Source of the DNA: Fimbriimonadia bacterium
GTDB taxonomy: Bacteria > Armatimonadota > Fimbriimonadia > Fimbriimonadales > JABRVX01
NCBI GenBank assembly: GCA_041483895.1
Contig: JBGPGO010000001.1
Span: forward strand, 160,001 to 224,000
Direction of reading: 5' to 3'
Length of the DNA stretch: 64,000 nt
The position numbers and the translations under genes were made by a program. The notes under the pieces are model-generated. The model made no database searches. It worked only from the letters and a program-made list of their open reading frames with translations, and was not told the origin of the DNA. Of the stretch, positions 1-10,000 are shown piece after piece; the stretch's first letter is position 1; the number at the start of each line of letters is the position of its first letter.

Positions 1-2147
1 CAGGCGGAGTTAAGGGCCGGGAGCAAATGGACTTCCCCCAAATGACTTTGTAGAAGCATCTCCGCAATCGCCGATGTGCCGCCGAAATTGCCGTCGATCT
101 GGAATGGCGGGTGGCAGTCGAACAGGTTGGGATATGTGCCGCCGTTCCGCCCCTCGACGGCGAACGGGTCCACCTTTTCCAGCGCCATCTTTAGCATCTT
201 ATAGACGTGGTCGCCATCGCGCAACCGCGCCCACAGGTTCATCTTCCACGCCATGGACCATCCCGTTCCCGCGTCCCCTCGCATCTGCAGCGACTTCTTC
301 GCGGCGTTCGCCAGGTCCGTCCCGGAGGCGATCCCATTGCCTGGATAAAGTCCCCATACATGCGAGACATGTCGATGATGGTCGTTGGGATCGTCCACGT
401 CCTCCATCCACTCCTGCAGCTGGCCATGCTTTCCTATCCGCACTGGCGCCAGTTTGTCTCGCGTCGCACGCAATCGCTTGGCAAAATCGCTATCACCCAT
501 TTCGTCCGCCGCCGATGCGCATTCACCGAAGAACTGCTTCAATATCTCTTGATCCATCGCCGGGCCGGCACAGATTCCGACCGGCTTGGTGTACGATCCG
601 TCCTTGTTCCACACCCACGCTTTATCCCCGCCGGGGCCGTTTTCCGGCGAGCTGGATGGGCAAGTGACCAGGCCGCCGTACTCCGGATGCTCGACCAAAG
701 TATCCAAGAAAAACTGCGCCGCGCCCTTCATCGCCGGGTATGCGCGCTTTAGGAAAACCTCGTCGCCGGTGAACAGATAGTGGTCCCAAAGCTGAGACGA
801 AAGCCAAGCGCCGCCGGTGTGCCACGCAGCCCAATATGCCCCGTGGATCGGCGCGCAGGCACGCCACTGGTCCATGTTATGGCCGAGTACCCAGCCGGAC
901 GCGCCCCAATTCTTCTTCGCCACCGCCGCCCCGGTCTGCGCCAGCTCCTCGGTTGCCTTTTCGAACGGGTTGAAGCACTCCGATAGGCCGGTCAGGTCTG
1001 CGGGCCAGTAGTTCATTTCGAAGTTGATGTTGGTGGTATGCTTGCAGCCCCATGCGGGGTTCATGTCCTCGTTCCAGAGGCCCTGCAGGTTGGCGGGTTG
1101 GCCCCCTTCCCTGCTGCATGAGATGAGCAGGTAGCGCCCGAATTGGAAGTACAGGGCGGCAAAGGCCGGGTCTTTGCCGTCTTGGAATGCCTTGAACCGC
1201 TCGTCCGTCGGGAGGTTGTTCCCTTTGCCAAGGTCGATGCTGCAGCGGTGGAATAACTCTTGAAAATCTTTCAGATGATCGGCTTTGAGTTGCTCGTAAC
1301 TTTTCTTTGGCGGTGTTAGGTCGCGCATTGGGCCCAGCTCGCGATAGGACTTGAAATTGGTTCCGGCGGTCAGATAGAGGGTGACGGCGTTGGCCTTCTC
1401 AATACGCAGGCGCGGATGCTCCTCCATGCCGACGAGCGCAATCTTGCCACCTTCCACCGATGCTGTCAGCCGCGCTTCGTATCGCAGTCCCGATCCGCCG
1501 CCGTAGGAGGCGGTGTTGCCGCTCAGAATCACCGAGTTCGGCTTCTCGCCCGCCACCGTGAACTTTGCGTCCGTGTTATCGCGCAGGTTGACGCGGCCGT
1601 CCAATGTCGCTTCCATCGTGATCGAATCGGGCTTATCGGCGGTGATTCGCACGGCCATCACCTGGTCGGGGTGGGAGATAAACAGTACCCGCGTGTAGGT
1701 CACCTCGCCAACTATGTAGGTGACGCGGGCGATGGCGGTGTCCAGGTCCAGCTCCCGGCGGTAATCGGTCGGGAGGCCGTGGCCGGGGAAGGTCAGCTTC
1801 AGATCACCGAGCGGCTGGTATTGGGCCATTTCGCCGGTCTTGGACATCATCGCCTTGTCGAAAAGCGCCTCCGCCTCACGGCCCTTGCCGTCGAAGATCA
1901 GGCGGCGGATCTCCGGCAGCGCCTTGGCCCCTTCGCCATCTCCCAGCGGGTCGTAGGGCCCGCCGGTCCAGACGGTGCTTTCGTTCAATCTTATCAATTC
2001 ATCCTGCGTCCGGCCATACACCATCGCGCCGATGCGCCCGTTGCCAAGCGGCATCGCCTCCACCCACGCCGCGGCGGGCTGCCGATACCAGAGTAGGTTG
2101 TTGGAGTTTTGCATGAGGAGTCCTGAGATGAGAAGGATTGGGATCAT
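1..2147 (-). CDS. Glycoside hydrolase family 95 (alpha-L-fucosidase-like), 3' end runs off the window
   Basis: Manual minus-strand translation from 2147 gives [45 protein letters not shown]...[11 protein letters not shown], and later [13 protein letters not shown]...PANLQGLWN...[14 protein letters not shown], all GH95 hallmarks. It is absent from the ORF track because its stop lies outside the window. Confidence 0.9.
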   Translation of the reverse strand, partial: MIPILLISGLLMQNSNNLLWYRQPAAAWVEAMPLGNGRIGAMVYGRTQDELIRLNESTVWTGGPYDPLGDGEGAKALPEIRRLIFDGKGREAEALFDKAMMSKTGEMAQYQPLGDLKLTFPGHGLPTDYRRELDLDTAIARVTYIVGEVTYTRVLFISHPDQVMAVRITADKPDSITMEATLDGRVNLRDNTDAKFTVAGEKPNSVILSGNTASYGGGSGLRYEARLTASVEGGKIALVGMEEHPRLRIEKANAVTLYLTAGTNFKSYRELGPMRDLTPPKKSYEQLKADHLKDFQELFHRCSIDLGKGNNLPTDERFKAFQDGKDPAFAALYFQFGRYLLISCSREGGQPANLQGLWNEDMNPAWGCKHTTNINFEMNYWPADLTGLSECFNPFEKATEELAQTGAAVAKKNWGASGWVLGHNMDQWRACAPIHGAYWAAWHTGGAWLSSQLWDHYLFTGDEVFLKRAYPAMKGAAQFFLDTLVEHPEYGGLVTCPSSSPENGPGGDKAWVWNKDGSYTKPVGICAGPAMDQEILKQFFGECASAADEMGDSDFAKRLRATRDKLAPVRIGKHGQLQEWMEDVDDPNDHHRHVSHVWGLYPGNGIASGTDLANAAKKSLQMRGDAGTGWSMAWKMNLWARLRDGDHVYKMLKMALEKVDPFAVEGRNGGTYPNLFDCHPPFQIDGNFGGTSAIAEMLLQSHLGEVHLLPALNSA

Positions 2148-2283
2148 AGGTCTAATCGGACGTATTCGACGTATAGGACATAGACCCTGTTTGTGCCAAA
2201 ATTCGGCCGCGTTCTTCAAGCTGAATCCTTGCGGTCAACGAACGCCTAGACTAGCATGGTAACATACCTAACGGAGATGTAAT

Positions 2284-3159
2284 ATGCGACGATTATTGTC
2301 CGTCTTAGCAGTTCTGTTGGCATGCGCATGGGTTGTCGGCGGTGTCTTGGTTCCTTCCGACGATCTGCAGCGAGACTGCATGGCTCACCACAACACGATG
2401 ATCAAGGCGATCATCATGTATGCCAACGATAACGACGATCTGCTTCCTCCGGCTGGAGGCAACGGCCTGACCGGTCGAAGTTGGGCGAAGTTGACGCCTC
2501 CAAATGCCGATTTCCCTTGGACTATGGCACTGTGGCCGTACTTCAAGGACCTCACCCATTTGCGCTGCCCGGCCGATCCCGCTTATCGCAAGCCTGAGAT
2601 TTATGCCTCCGATCCGCGGAGCGGCCAAGCGGTGCCAACTTCGGTCACGAGCGAAGCGAAGCGCATGGCCACCTTCTTTCACACAAACGTCGGATACAAC
2701 CATGTTTGGCTCTCCCCGGAACAGCACGTTCGAGGATTGCCGTGGGTGATGCCTGCAACTCAATCAGAGGTGGCATCGCCGGCAAATACGGTCCTATTTG
2801 TCGACAGCGCATGGTCGCGCGACAGTAAAGGAGCACCGATCGGCGGCGGTAGATATATCATCGACGCACCGATCCGGCCGAATAGGGGCGTGCTCTGGGG
2901 CAAACTTCCGGCCACAGCGGGCGGGGCCGGGGGCTGGCTTTGTTACACCATGGGGAACGGCGAGCCATCAAGCCCGTATTGCAAGACCAACCCGCAGGCA
3001 TACGGCTATTGCTATCCCTTCCACACCGAACAGTTCACCGTGTCGTTCTTGGACGGCCACACGAAAGGGATGACGGCGGACCAATTGGTCGTGGGGATCG
3101 ATTTCAAGAAGAACAAGATCGTTGACTTCGATCAGTGCCTTTGGGATACGCAGGAATAG
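2284..3159 (+). CDS. DUF1559/H-X9-DG-motif secreted protein (pilin-like family)
   Basis: C..N...AIIMYANDNDDLLP, W...LWPYFK....RCPAD and C-terminal FHTEQFTVSFLDGHTK (H-X9-DG). Confidence 0.8.
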   Translation: MRRLLSVLAVLLACAWVVGGVLVPSDDLQRDCMAHHNTMIKAIIMYANDNDDLLPPAGGNGLTGRSWAKLTPPNADFPWTMALWPYFKDLTHLRCPADPAYRKPEIYASDPRSGQAVPTSVTSEAKRMATFFHTNVGYNHVWLSPEQHVRGLPWVMPATQSEVASPANTVLFVDSAWSRDSKGAPIGGGRYIIDAPIRPNRGVLWGKLPATAGGAGGWLCYTMGNGEPSSPYCKTNPQAYGYCYPFHTEQFTVSFLDGHTKGMTADQLVVGIDFKKNKIVDFDQCLWDTQE

Positions 3160-3245
3160 TCCATAGTTAGCCCATCTCACCGACCTTGGAATCGGCCATT
3201 CAGAGCAATCGGCAAGACGACCCGCGTGTACAATGGAGAGAAATC

Positions 3246-4313
3246 ATGAGCGTTTTTGAACGATTCCTGACTCTTTGGGTGTTCCTTTGCATTGGGGTGG
3301 GGGTCGCCCTGGGCCGCCTCACGCCGGGGCCGTTCCAGGCCATCGGCCGGTTGGAATATGCGCACGTGAACATCCCGGTCGCCGTTTTGATCTGGCTGAT
3401 GATCGTTCCGATGCTGTTACGAATCGATTTTGCATCGCTCCGCCAGGTCGGGCGGTTTTGGAAGGGGTCGGGCGTCACGCTGTTCGTCAACTGGCTCGTC
3501 AAGCCGTTCTCCATGGCGTTCTTCGCTTGGCTGTTCATCGCGAACATATTTCGGCCCATGCTGCCCCCCGATCAGATCGACGCTTACACGGCGGGGTTGA
3601 TCCTGCTTGCGGCCGCTCCGTGCACAGCGATGGTGTTCGTGTGGAGCAATCTGTCCCGAGGGGAGCCGACCTTCACGCTCACGCAGGTGGCGCTCAACGA
3701 CCTGATTATGATCTTCGCTTTCGGTCCGATTGTTGGACTATTGCTGGGTCTGTCCTCCATCACGGTTCCTTGGGCCACGCTGTTTTTCTCCGTGCTGATT
3801 TTTATCGTCATTCCGGTCGCGATCTCCCAGGTGTGGCGAAGCGTTCAGCTGCGGCGGAAGGGCGAGGAGAGCCTGCGCCGCACTATCCTGGCGCTAAACC
3901 GCGTCTCGCTGGTTGCGCTGCTTTCCACATTGGTGTTGCTGTTCGGATTCCAGGGCGATGTGATCTTGGCGCAGCCATTGGTGATCGCGCTCTTGGCTGT
4001 CCCGATCTTGATTCAGGTTGTGTTCAATTCCAGCCTCGCTTACCTTCTGAATCGGGCTTTGGGATCGCCGCACTGTGTTGCCGGGCCGTCTTCGTTGATA
4101 GGGGCAAGCAACTTCTTCGAGTTGGCGGTCGCAACGGCGATTTCTCTGTTCGGCTTCCGCTCCGGCGCTGCGCTCGCTACTGTGGTGGGGGTTCTTATCG
4201 AGGTACCTGTGATGCTGGCGGTGGTGCGGATTGTCACTCGCTCGCAGGGTTGGTATGAGCGGAGGAGAGGGATCCAAAGTTATGCGGAGTGCTGTCCGGA
4301 GGTCGCCGCGTAG
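3246..4313 (+). CDS. acr3: ACR3-family arsenite efflux transporter
   Basis: MSVFERFLTLWV, NIPVAVLIWLMIVPM, APCTAMVFVWS, GASNFFELAVA, VGVLIEVPVML. ATG 3246 follows GGAGAG. Confidence 0.95.
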   Translation: MSVFERFLTLWVFLCIGVGVALGRLTPGPFQAIGRLEYAHVNIPVAVLIWLMIVPMLLRIDFASLRQVGRFWKGSGVTLFVNWLVKPFSMAFFAWLFIANIFRPMLPPDQIDAYTAGLILLAAAPCTAMVFVWSNLSRGEPTFTLTQVALNDLIMIFAFGPIVGLLLGLSSITVPWATLFFSVLIFIVIPVAISQVWRSVQLRRKGEESLRRTILALNRVSLVALLSTLVLLFGFQGDVILAQPLVIALLAVPILIQVVFNSSLAYLLNRALGSPHCVAGPSSLIGASNFFELAVATAISLFGFRSGAALATVVGVLIEVPVMLAVVRIVTRSQGWYERRRGIQSYAECCPEVAA

Positions 4314-4418
4314 GCGCGGGTCGTCTTTCCGATTCCTATCGATCGGCGACCACCAAGACCCGCGTTGGTGTGTCTGCCGATCGGTCGAGGGTATACCACC
4401 GGGTACGATTGAGGCATC

Positions 4419-5327
4419 ATGTCCATCCGACCCGTCAAGAAACTGATCAAGGCCAAGCCGACGCTGGAGGGGGCGGGGGTGCATCTGCGCCGCGCGTTCG
4501 GCTTCGGCAACACGTCCGACTTCGACCCGTTCCTCCTTTTGGATGACTTTCGCAACGATATTCCTGAGGACTATCTGGCCGGATTCCCCTGGCATCCGCA
4601 TCGGGGAATCGAGACGATCACTTATGTGCTGGCCGGCACGGTAGAGCATGGCGACAGCATGGGAAACAGCGGCGCAATCGGCCCCGGCGACATCCAGTGG
4701 ATGACCGCCGGCCGCGGCATCATCCACCAGGAGATGCCGAAAGGCGACCCGGAAGGGCGGATGCACGGCTTCCAACTTTGGGCCAACTTGCCCTCATCGC
4801 TGAAGATGACCGCGCCCCGATACCAAGAGGTGAAAGAGGGCGAAATCCCGGAGATCACCGACGACGATGGTACCCATGTGCGGCTGGTCTGCGGCAGCTT
4901 CTGGGGCAAGCGCGGGCCGGTGGAGGGCATCGCCGCCGACCCGGTCTACATCGACGTGTCGGTCGCGCCGGGCAAACGCAGGTCTCTTCCGGTGGAGACC
5001 ACCAGCCATGCGTTCGCGTATGTCTTCGCGGGTTCGGGCAAGTTTTGCAACGCCTCCGAGCCGCTTGCGGTGCCAACGGAAGGAGTTGGCTGGGCGGATA
5101 CGATTGTGCCGCAAGAGGCCGAAAACCGCTCGCTCATCCTGTTTGATAGCGGTGACGAGGTGACTGTTCAGGCCGGCGAAGAAGGGATCCGGTTCTTGCT
5201 GGTTTCCGGGAAACCGCTGCAAGAGCCGGTGGCGTGGTACGGGCCGATCGTGATGAACACGCAAAAGGAGCTGCAGCAGGCGTACGAGGAGTTGCAGAAG
5301 GGGACGTTCTTAGGTCAGGACGTGTAA
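4419..5327 (+). CDS. Pirin family protein
   Basis: DPFLLLDDF, GFPWHPHRGIETITY, QWMTAGRGIIHQEMP, EPVAWYGPIVMNT. Confidence 0.95.
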   Translation: MSIRPVKKLIKAKPTLEGAGVHLRRAFGFGNTSDFDPFLLLDDFRNDIPEDYLAGFPWHPHRGIETITYVLAGTVEHGDSMGNSGAIGPGDIQWMTAGRGIIHQEMPKGDPEGRMHGFQLWANLPSSLKMTAPRYQEVKEGEIPEITDDDGTHVRLVCGSFWGKRGPVEGIAADPVYIDVSVAPGKRRSLPVETTSHAFAYVFAGSGKFCNASEPLAVPTEGVGWADTIVPQEAENRSLILFDSGDEVTVQAGEEGIRFLLVSGKPLQEPVAWYGPIVMNTQKELQQAYEELQKGTFLGQDV

Positions 5328-5381
5328 ATACGGTCTGACGATAGGTGTTGCGAATTTGACTCGCTCCAACGTTCTCTTGGA

Positions 5382-5834
5382 CTATTCTGCCAAGGCGTCG
5401 CTCGGCGAAACAATTGAAACGAAACCGTACCGCAGAAAGTCTCGGGCATCAAGGGTGAGTACCCGGCTAATGTCGTGATACTTCATTGCCGCAACCTGGT
5501 TTGCGTCGTGGCAATTCTTACCGGAAACCTGGTTCTCCCGGACCAAGGCCGTCCAAATGTCGAACTGTTCAGGCGAATCGTCCAGCGGAGTGCAAATCTG
5601 CAGCAGTCCGTCAATCACCTCGCCCGCCACGTCAGGTAACAGTCCATAACCGTTGACGTCCTTCGGGCGCGTCAGAACAGACCAGGATTCCCGGATTGAC
5701 TGGGTCGTGCAGCGTATTTCAATCCCTGCTACGATAAGTTTGTGAATCGCATGCTGGACGATGCCGTGGTCGGGATCCGTCAAGATCGCCAAACGCAGTA
5801 GTACGCTTGTGTCAACCAGATAACGTTCAGCCAT
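5382..5834 (-). CDS. PIN-domain (VapC-like) toxin
   Basis: YLVDTSVLL, E in SIRESWSVLTRP, HDANQVAAM, LTLDARDF give the PIN acidic residues. Its start overlaps the upstream small gene's stop. Confidence 0.88.
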   Translation of the reverse strand: MAERYLVDTSVLLRLAILTDPDHGIVQHAIHKLIVAGIEIRCTTQSIRESWSVLTRPKDVNGYGLLPDVAGEVIDGLLQICTPLDDSPEQFDIWTALVRENQVSGKNCHDANQVAAMKYHDISRVLTLDARDFLRYGFVSIVSPSDALAE

Positions 5835-6055
5835 TAGTCGTACAGATTTTCCGTGGAGGTTACTTCCAACGGCAACACTGGCAATTCAGAGCAGTATTTC
5901 TCAAAGACTGCCATTGCAGAATTCCAGTCAGCCTCCGAGACCTGTCCCACCTTACCGATACTCAGGACCCGCACCTCCACCTCTTTGCCGGCCAACTCCT
6001 TGCCATATTTCCCGGCAATTTCCTCCCACGTTCCTCTCAGTGTTTGTGTTGACAT
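5834..6055 (-). CDS. Putative antitoxin of the PIN toxin
   Basis: 73 aa (MSTQTLRGTWEEIA...TENLYD), translationally coupled to the PIN gene (TAATG overlap). Acidic C-terminus. TATAAT lies 9 nt upstream. Confidence 0.7.
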   Translation of the reverse strand: MSTQTLRGTWEEIAGKYGKELAGKEVEVRVLSIGKVGQVSEADWNSAMAVFEKYCSELPVLPLEVTSTENLYD

Positions 6056-6101
6056 TCTATCCATATTATACGATGATCGTTGGCCGAAGTCCAATCGGGC
6101 A

Positions 6102-6890
6102 TTAATGGGAGGCGGCAGCCGCGTCTCTCTCCGCGCGTGCGCGGGAGTAGTACATCACCGTGAACATGCAGGTTTCGACGAAGCCGAGGCGCGCGTAGAG
6201 GCTCGCCGCCTTTTTGTGGCTTTGCAATATCGCGACGTGGCAGCCGTGGTCGCGGGCAAATGAGAGGGCCTCGGTCAGTACCGCGGTCGCGCCGTGCTGT
6301 CGGCGATATTCGTTCTTTGTCACGACGTCATAAATGCCGGCGATGCCGTCGGCGATGAAGACCGTCGCGGCGCTCGCCAGCCATCCGCCGACGTGGCAGA
6401 CGAAGTTATGCGTGTTGCCCAGCGCCTGCAGCTGTTGCAAAATGGTGTGCGTGTCCGCCCGCGCGGCTTTGGGCACCCACAGCGACCAGGGATGCTGTTG
6501 GGCGATGATCGGCTCCCAGTCTTCCACACGATATGAGGGATGCTCCGGTTTTCCGGCCTTCCATTTCTTCAGGTCCAGTTCCATCCCAGGCAGGTACATA
6601 GGGCCCATGAACCTCCGCTCCCGCCGCAGGATCTTTCCGAGGTCGTCTGGGGTTGCGCACGGTCCCAGGGTCCAGTTGGCAGGACTGCCGACCTTTTGGT
6701 ATTCGCGCAAGATGCGATCGATTTGACTGTGCAATTTGTCGGCGTCGAATCGGCAGGCGGTGACGCAGCTATGACCCGCCGGACGCGACGATACGCCCCA
6801 CAACGCGTAGGGTTTTTCGAACACGGTGTGCCCAGGTAGGCGGAACCGTTCGCGCGCAAAAGCGATCTGATTTTGCTCCACAGGGTTCAC
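6102..6890 (-). CDS. GNAT family N-acetyltransferase
   Basis: AGIYDVVTKNEYRRQHGAT and SLYARLGF motifs. Confidence 0.85.
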   Translation of the reverse strand: MNPVEQNQIAFARERFRLPGHTVFEKPYALWGVSSRPAGHSCVTACRFDADKLHSQIDRILREYQKVGSPANWTLGPCATPDDLGKILRRERRFMGPMYLPGMELDLKKWKAGKPEHPSYRVEDWEPIIAQQHPWSLWVPKAARADTHTILQQLQALGNTHNFVCHVGGWLASAATVFIADGIAGIYDVVTKNEYRRQHGATAVLTEALSFARDHGCHVAILQSHKKAASLYARLGFVETCMFTVMYYSRARAERDAAAASH

Positions 6891-6950
6891 GGCAGTCCGG
6901 TTTTACCCGTCGTCGCATCATAATGGGGCCTGGAAAGGAGTCAATCAGCG

Positions 6951-7244
6951 ATGGAACACTCAGGAGCGCTGCCTGTGCCGCCGCAGGCGCAAAGCGACCG
7001 CGGGGCGGTGGAGATTGCTAGAATTTGGGCCGCGAGCGGTCAGATGGAAGTGGCCTTGCGGCCGGACCTATGGGACGATCCCGGAACGTGGGGCATCATG
7101 CTGGTCGATCTGGCGCGGCATGTGGCGAACGCCTATCGGCAGATCAAAGGCCACGACGTCGACATCACCCTGGCGGCGATAAGGGAGATATTCGAAGCGG
7201 AATGGAACCGACCGACCGATACTCCTCGCGGGCAGATGATGTAG
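6951..7244 (+). CDS. DUF5076-like protein
   Basis: EIARIWAA...WDDPGTWGIMLVDLARHVANAY pattern, with SD GGAG upstream. Confidence 0.7.
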   Translation: MEHSGALPVPPQAQSDRGAVEIARIWAASGQMEVALRPDLWDDPGTWGIMLVDLARHVANAYRQIKGHDVDITLAAIREIFEAEWNRPTDTPRGQMM

Positions 7245-8534
7245 ATGGCAAAGATCGCATTGATCGGCGCGGGGAGCGGGGTGTTTACGCGCAATTTGTG
7301 CTGCGACATTCTGTTCACTGCGGCCCTGCGGGATTGCACGATCGCCCTGATGGACATCGATCCGATTCGACTCGAGAGCAGTCGGCGCATGGTGCAAGAC
7401 ATGATCGACCGGCGGGGATTGAAAACGCGTCTGGAAGCGACGCTTGATCGCAAAGAGGCGGTGCGGGGGGCGAAGTATGTCATCACAACATTCCAGCAGG
7501 GCGGGCTGCAGGCGTACGAGCTAGACATCGAAATCCCACGCAAATACGGCGTGGAGCAGTGCGTGGGTGACACGCTCGGTCCCGGTGGCGTGTTCCGCGG
7601 CCTTCGAACAATTCCCGTGCTGCTGGATTTGTGCGAAGAGATGGATCCGGACGCCATGCTGCTGAACTATGTAAACCCGATGGCGATCAACTGCTGGGCG
7701 ATTGCGGAGGGGACCGGCCGCCCGCACGTCGGTCTGTGCCACAGCGTCCAGGGCACCTCCGAAATGCTGGCGCGATGGATCGGGGCGCCGTATGATGAGG
7801 TCGCCTATCTCTGCGCCGGCATCAATCATCAAGCATGGTTCCTCAGTTTCCGGCGCGGATCGGAGGACCTTTATCCACGGGTTTGGAAGGCGTTGGATCG
7901 GCAGGAGGTAATCGACGAAGAACCGGTCCGGACGGACCTCATGAAAAGTCTCGGCTTCTTCGTCACCGAATCCAGCGGGCACGCCAGCGAATATGTTCCC
8001 TACTTTCGCAAGTCCGCGCGCATGGTGGAAAAAGAGCTGGCGCCTCGCTTTAAGAATCCGGGCGACCACTGGTTTGACTTTGGGCGCACGGGCGGGTATC
8101 TGCGGCATAGTCTTGCGCGGACGGAAACGAGCGGTGAGAACATAGAGCGCACGCACGAATATGGCTCCTATATCATCGAGGCGATGGAAACAAACCAACC
8201 GATCCGAATCAACGGCAATGTGCCGAACGCCGGCCTCATCACCAACCTGCCCCAAGGCTGCTGCGTCGAGGTTCCCTGCCTTGTAGATGGGAACGGGGTT
8301 CAGGGCGTGGTCATCGGCGAGCTGCCGAAGCAGCTGGCGGCCGTCAATCGGACGAACATCAATGTGCAAGAGTTGGTGGTCGAAGCCTCTCTGTCGGGCG
8401 ACCGCGACGCGGTGCACCATGCCGTCATGTTAGACCCGCTCACCGCCGCCGTCTGCACCCTACCCCAAATCCATACGATGGTGGACGAGATGCTTGAGGC
8501 GCAATCCAGGTGGCTGCCACAGTTCAGTGGGTAA
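7245..8534 (+). CDS. melA: NAD-dependent alpha-galactosidase, GH4
   Basis: KIALIGAGS, GDTLGPGG, LNYVNPM, GLCHSVQGT, AGINHQAW, TESSGHASEYVPYF. Confidence 0.9.
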   Translation: MAKIALIGAGSGVFTRNLCCDILFTAALRDCTIALMDIDPIRLESSRRMVQDMIDRRGLKTRLEATLDRKEAVRGAKYVITTFQQGGLQAYELDIEIPRKYGVEQCVGDTLGPGGVFRGLRTIPVLLDLCEEMDPDAMLLNYVNPMAINCWAIAEGTGRPHVGLCHSVQGTSEMLARWIGAPYDEVAYLCAGINHQAWFLSFRRGSEDLYPRVWKALDRQEVIDEEPVRTDLMKSLGFFVTESSGHASEYVPYFRKSARMVEKELAPRFKNPGDHWFDFGRTGGYLRHSLARTETSGENIERTHEYGSYIIEAMETNQPIRINGNVPNAGLITNLPQGCCVEVPCLVDGNGVQGVVIGELPKQLAAVNRTNINVQELVVEASLSGDRDAVHHAVMLDPLTAAVCTLPQIHTMVDEMLEAQSRWLPQFSG

Positions 8535-8613
8535 GATACGTTCAGTCGTGGCATCGATCGACTGGCAACCGCTTGGCAGTGAGTGGGACAAGGCGAATGA
8601 CAGCAGGAACTGA

Positions 8614-9459
8614 TTGAAGTCGCGTCCGCCGGTGTTTGTGATCACTCTACTCGCGATGATCGCCTTCGCGGCAAACTCCCTCCTCTGCCGACTGGCGCTA
8701 AAAGAAACAAGCATCGACGCGGCGACATTCACGGCCATTCGCATCCTTTCCGGCGCGGTGGTTCTGTGGCTAATCACGCGGCTTCGAGGTGGACCGCTCA
8801 ATCCGCCGGGGAATTGGCTTTCGGCGCTTGCCCTCTTCGCATACGCAGCCGAATTTTCGTTTGCCTACATCAGTTTGCCTGCGGGGACTGGCGCGTTGCT
8901 GCTTTTTGGGTCGGTTCAGGCCACGATGATCGGGTATGGGCTTTGGTCTGGGGAGCGCTTTCGGCTCCGGCAGGTAGCCGGATTGGCGCTCGCGTTCGGC
9001 GGTCTGGTCGGCCTCTTGCTGCCCGGTCTCACCGCGCCACCGCTGCAGGGGTCCGCGTTGATGCTTGCCGCCGGCGTTGCTTGGGGTGTCTATTCGCTGC
9101 GCGGCAGAGGCGCCGGCGATCCAACGCAGATTACGGCGGGGAATTTCTTGCGTGCCGTCCCTTTTGCTGTGGCGCTGAGATTGGCCGTGCCGTCTTCAAT
9201 CTCATTTGGCGCGGGTGCCTGGTATGCAATTGCGTCCGGCGCTCTTGCTTCAGGAGTTGGCTACGCCGTTTGGTACACGGCGCTAAAAGAGTTGAAGGCC
9301 ACCCATGGGGCGACAGTGCAGCTCAGCGTTCCAGTAATTGCGGCGACGGGAGGCATACTGTTCCTGGGCGAGCATGCAACTCTACGCTTGGCGCTTGCCT
9401 CCGTTGCCATATTGGGCGGCATCGCACTGGTGATTCTCGGTCGAAATCGGTCGGAATGA
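8614..9459 (+). CDS. DMT/EamA family transporter
   Basis: About 10 hydrophobic segments. AFAANSLLCRLAL, SGALASGVGYAVWY, VQLSVPVIAA. Confidence 0.88.
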   Translation: MKSRPPVFVITLLAMIAFAANSLLCRLALKETSIDAATFTAIRILSGAVVLWLITRLRGGPLNPPGNWLSALALFAYAAEFSFAYISLPAGTGALLLFGSVQATMIGYGLWSGERFRLRQVAGLALAFGGLVGLLLPGLTAPPLQGSALMLAAGVAWGVYSLRGRGAGDPTQITAGNFLRAVPFAVALRLAVPSSISFGAGAWYAIASGALASGVGYAVWYTALKELKATHGATVQLSVPVIAATGGILFLGEHATLRLALASVAILGGIALVILGRNRSE

Positions 9460-9477
9460 TTGGAGTAACATTGAATC

Positions 9478-9882
9478 ATGCCAGGCAACACCCCTGATAA
9501 GTTCATCATCAAAGCCGCGAAAGCAGGAGACTCCGCAGCCGTTCGCGAGCTCCTAAAGACCGACCGCTCCCTAATCAACGCGAAGGACACGGACGGCTCG
9601 ACGCCGCTCCATTGCGCTGCCTGGAAAGGGCATCCGGAAGTTGTGAGTGTCCTCCTAGATCATGGAGCGGACATCAATGCTCGCAATCAGAATGATCACT
9701 GGGGAGATACGCCGCTTCACGCCGCCGCGCATGGCAATCAAAGGACGGTCGCCGAGGTCCTGATTGCGCGCGGCGCTGACCTCCAGGCAAAGAATCCGGC
9801 CGGTCGCACCCCATTGCAGGAGACGGAGATTCACAAAGCAACTGCGGTCGCGAAACTGCTTCGGGAACACGGAGCTACATAG
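9478..9882 (+). CDS. Ankyrin repeat protein
   Basis: GSTPLHCAA, GDTPLHAAA and GRTPL repeats. Confidence 0.92.
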   Translation: MPGNTPDKFIIKAAKAGDSAAVRELLKTDRSLINAKDTDGSTPLHCAAWKGHPEVVSVLLDHGADINARNQNDHWGDTPLHAAAHGNQRTVAEVLIARGADLQAKNPAGRTPLQETEIHKATAVAKLLREHGAT

Positions 9883-10000
9883 TTAATTTTGGGTGGGTCA
9901 TGCCGATCACGCCGATCCGACCCATGGCCACCGGCTGACCTGGTGCAAAGGGACATTCGAAGTGGTACTCCGCTCCCACCGCTGGATAGCGCCAGTACTG

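Noticed and set aside
74..2096. Plus-strand ORFs in the ORF track
   Set aside because: They are GC-rich antisense shadows of the minus-strand GH95 gene.
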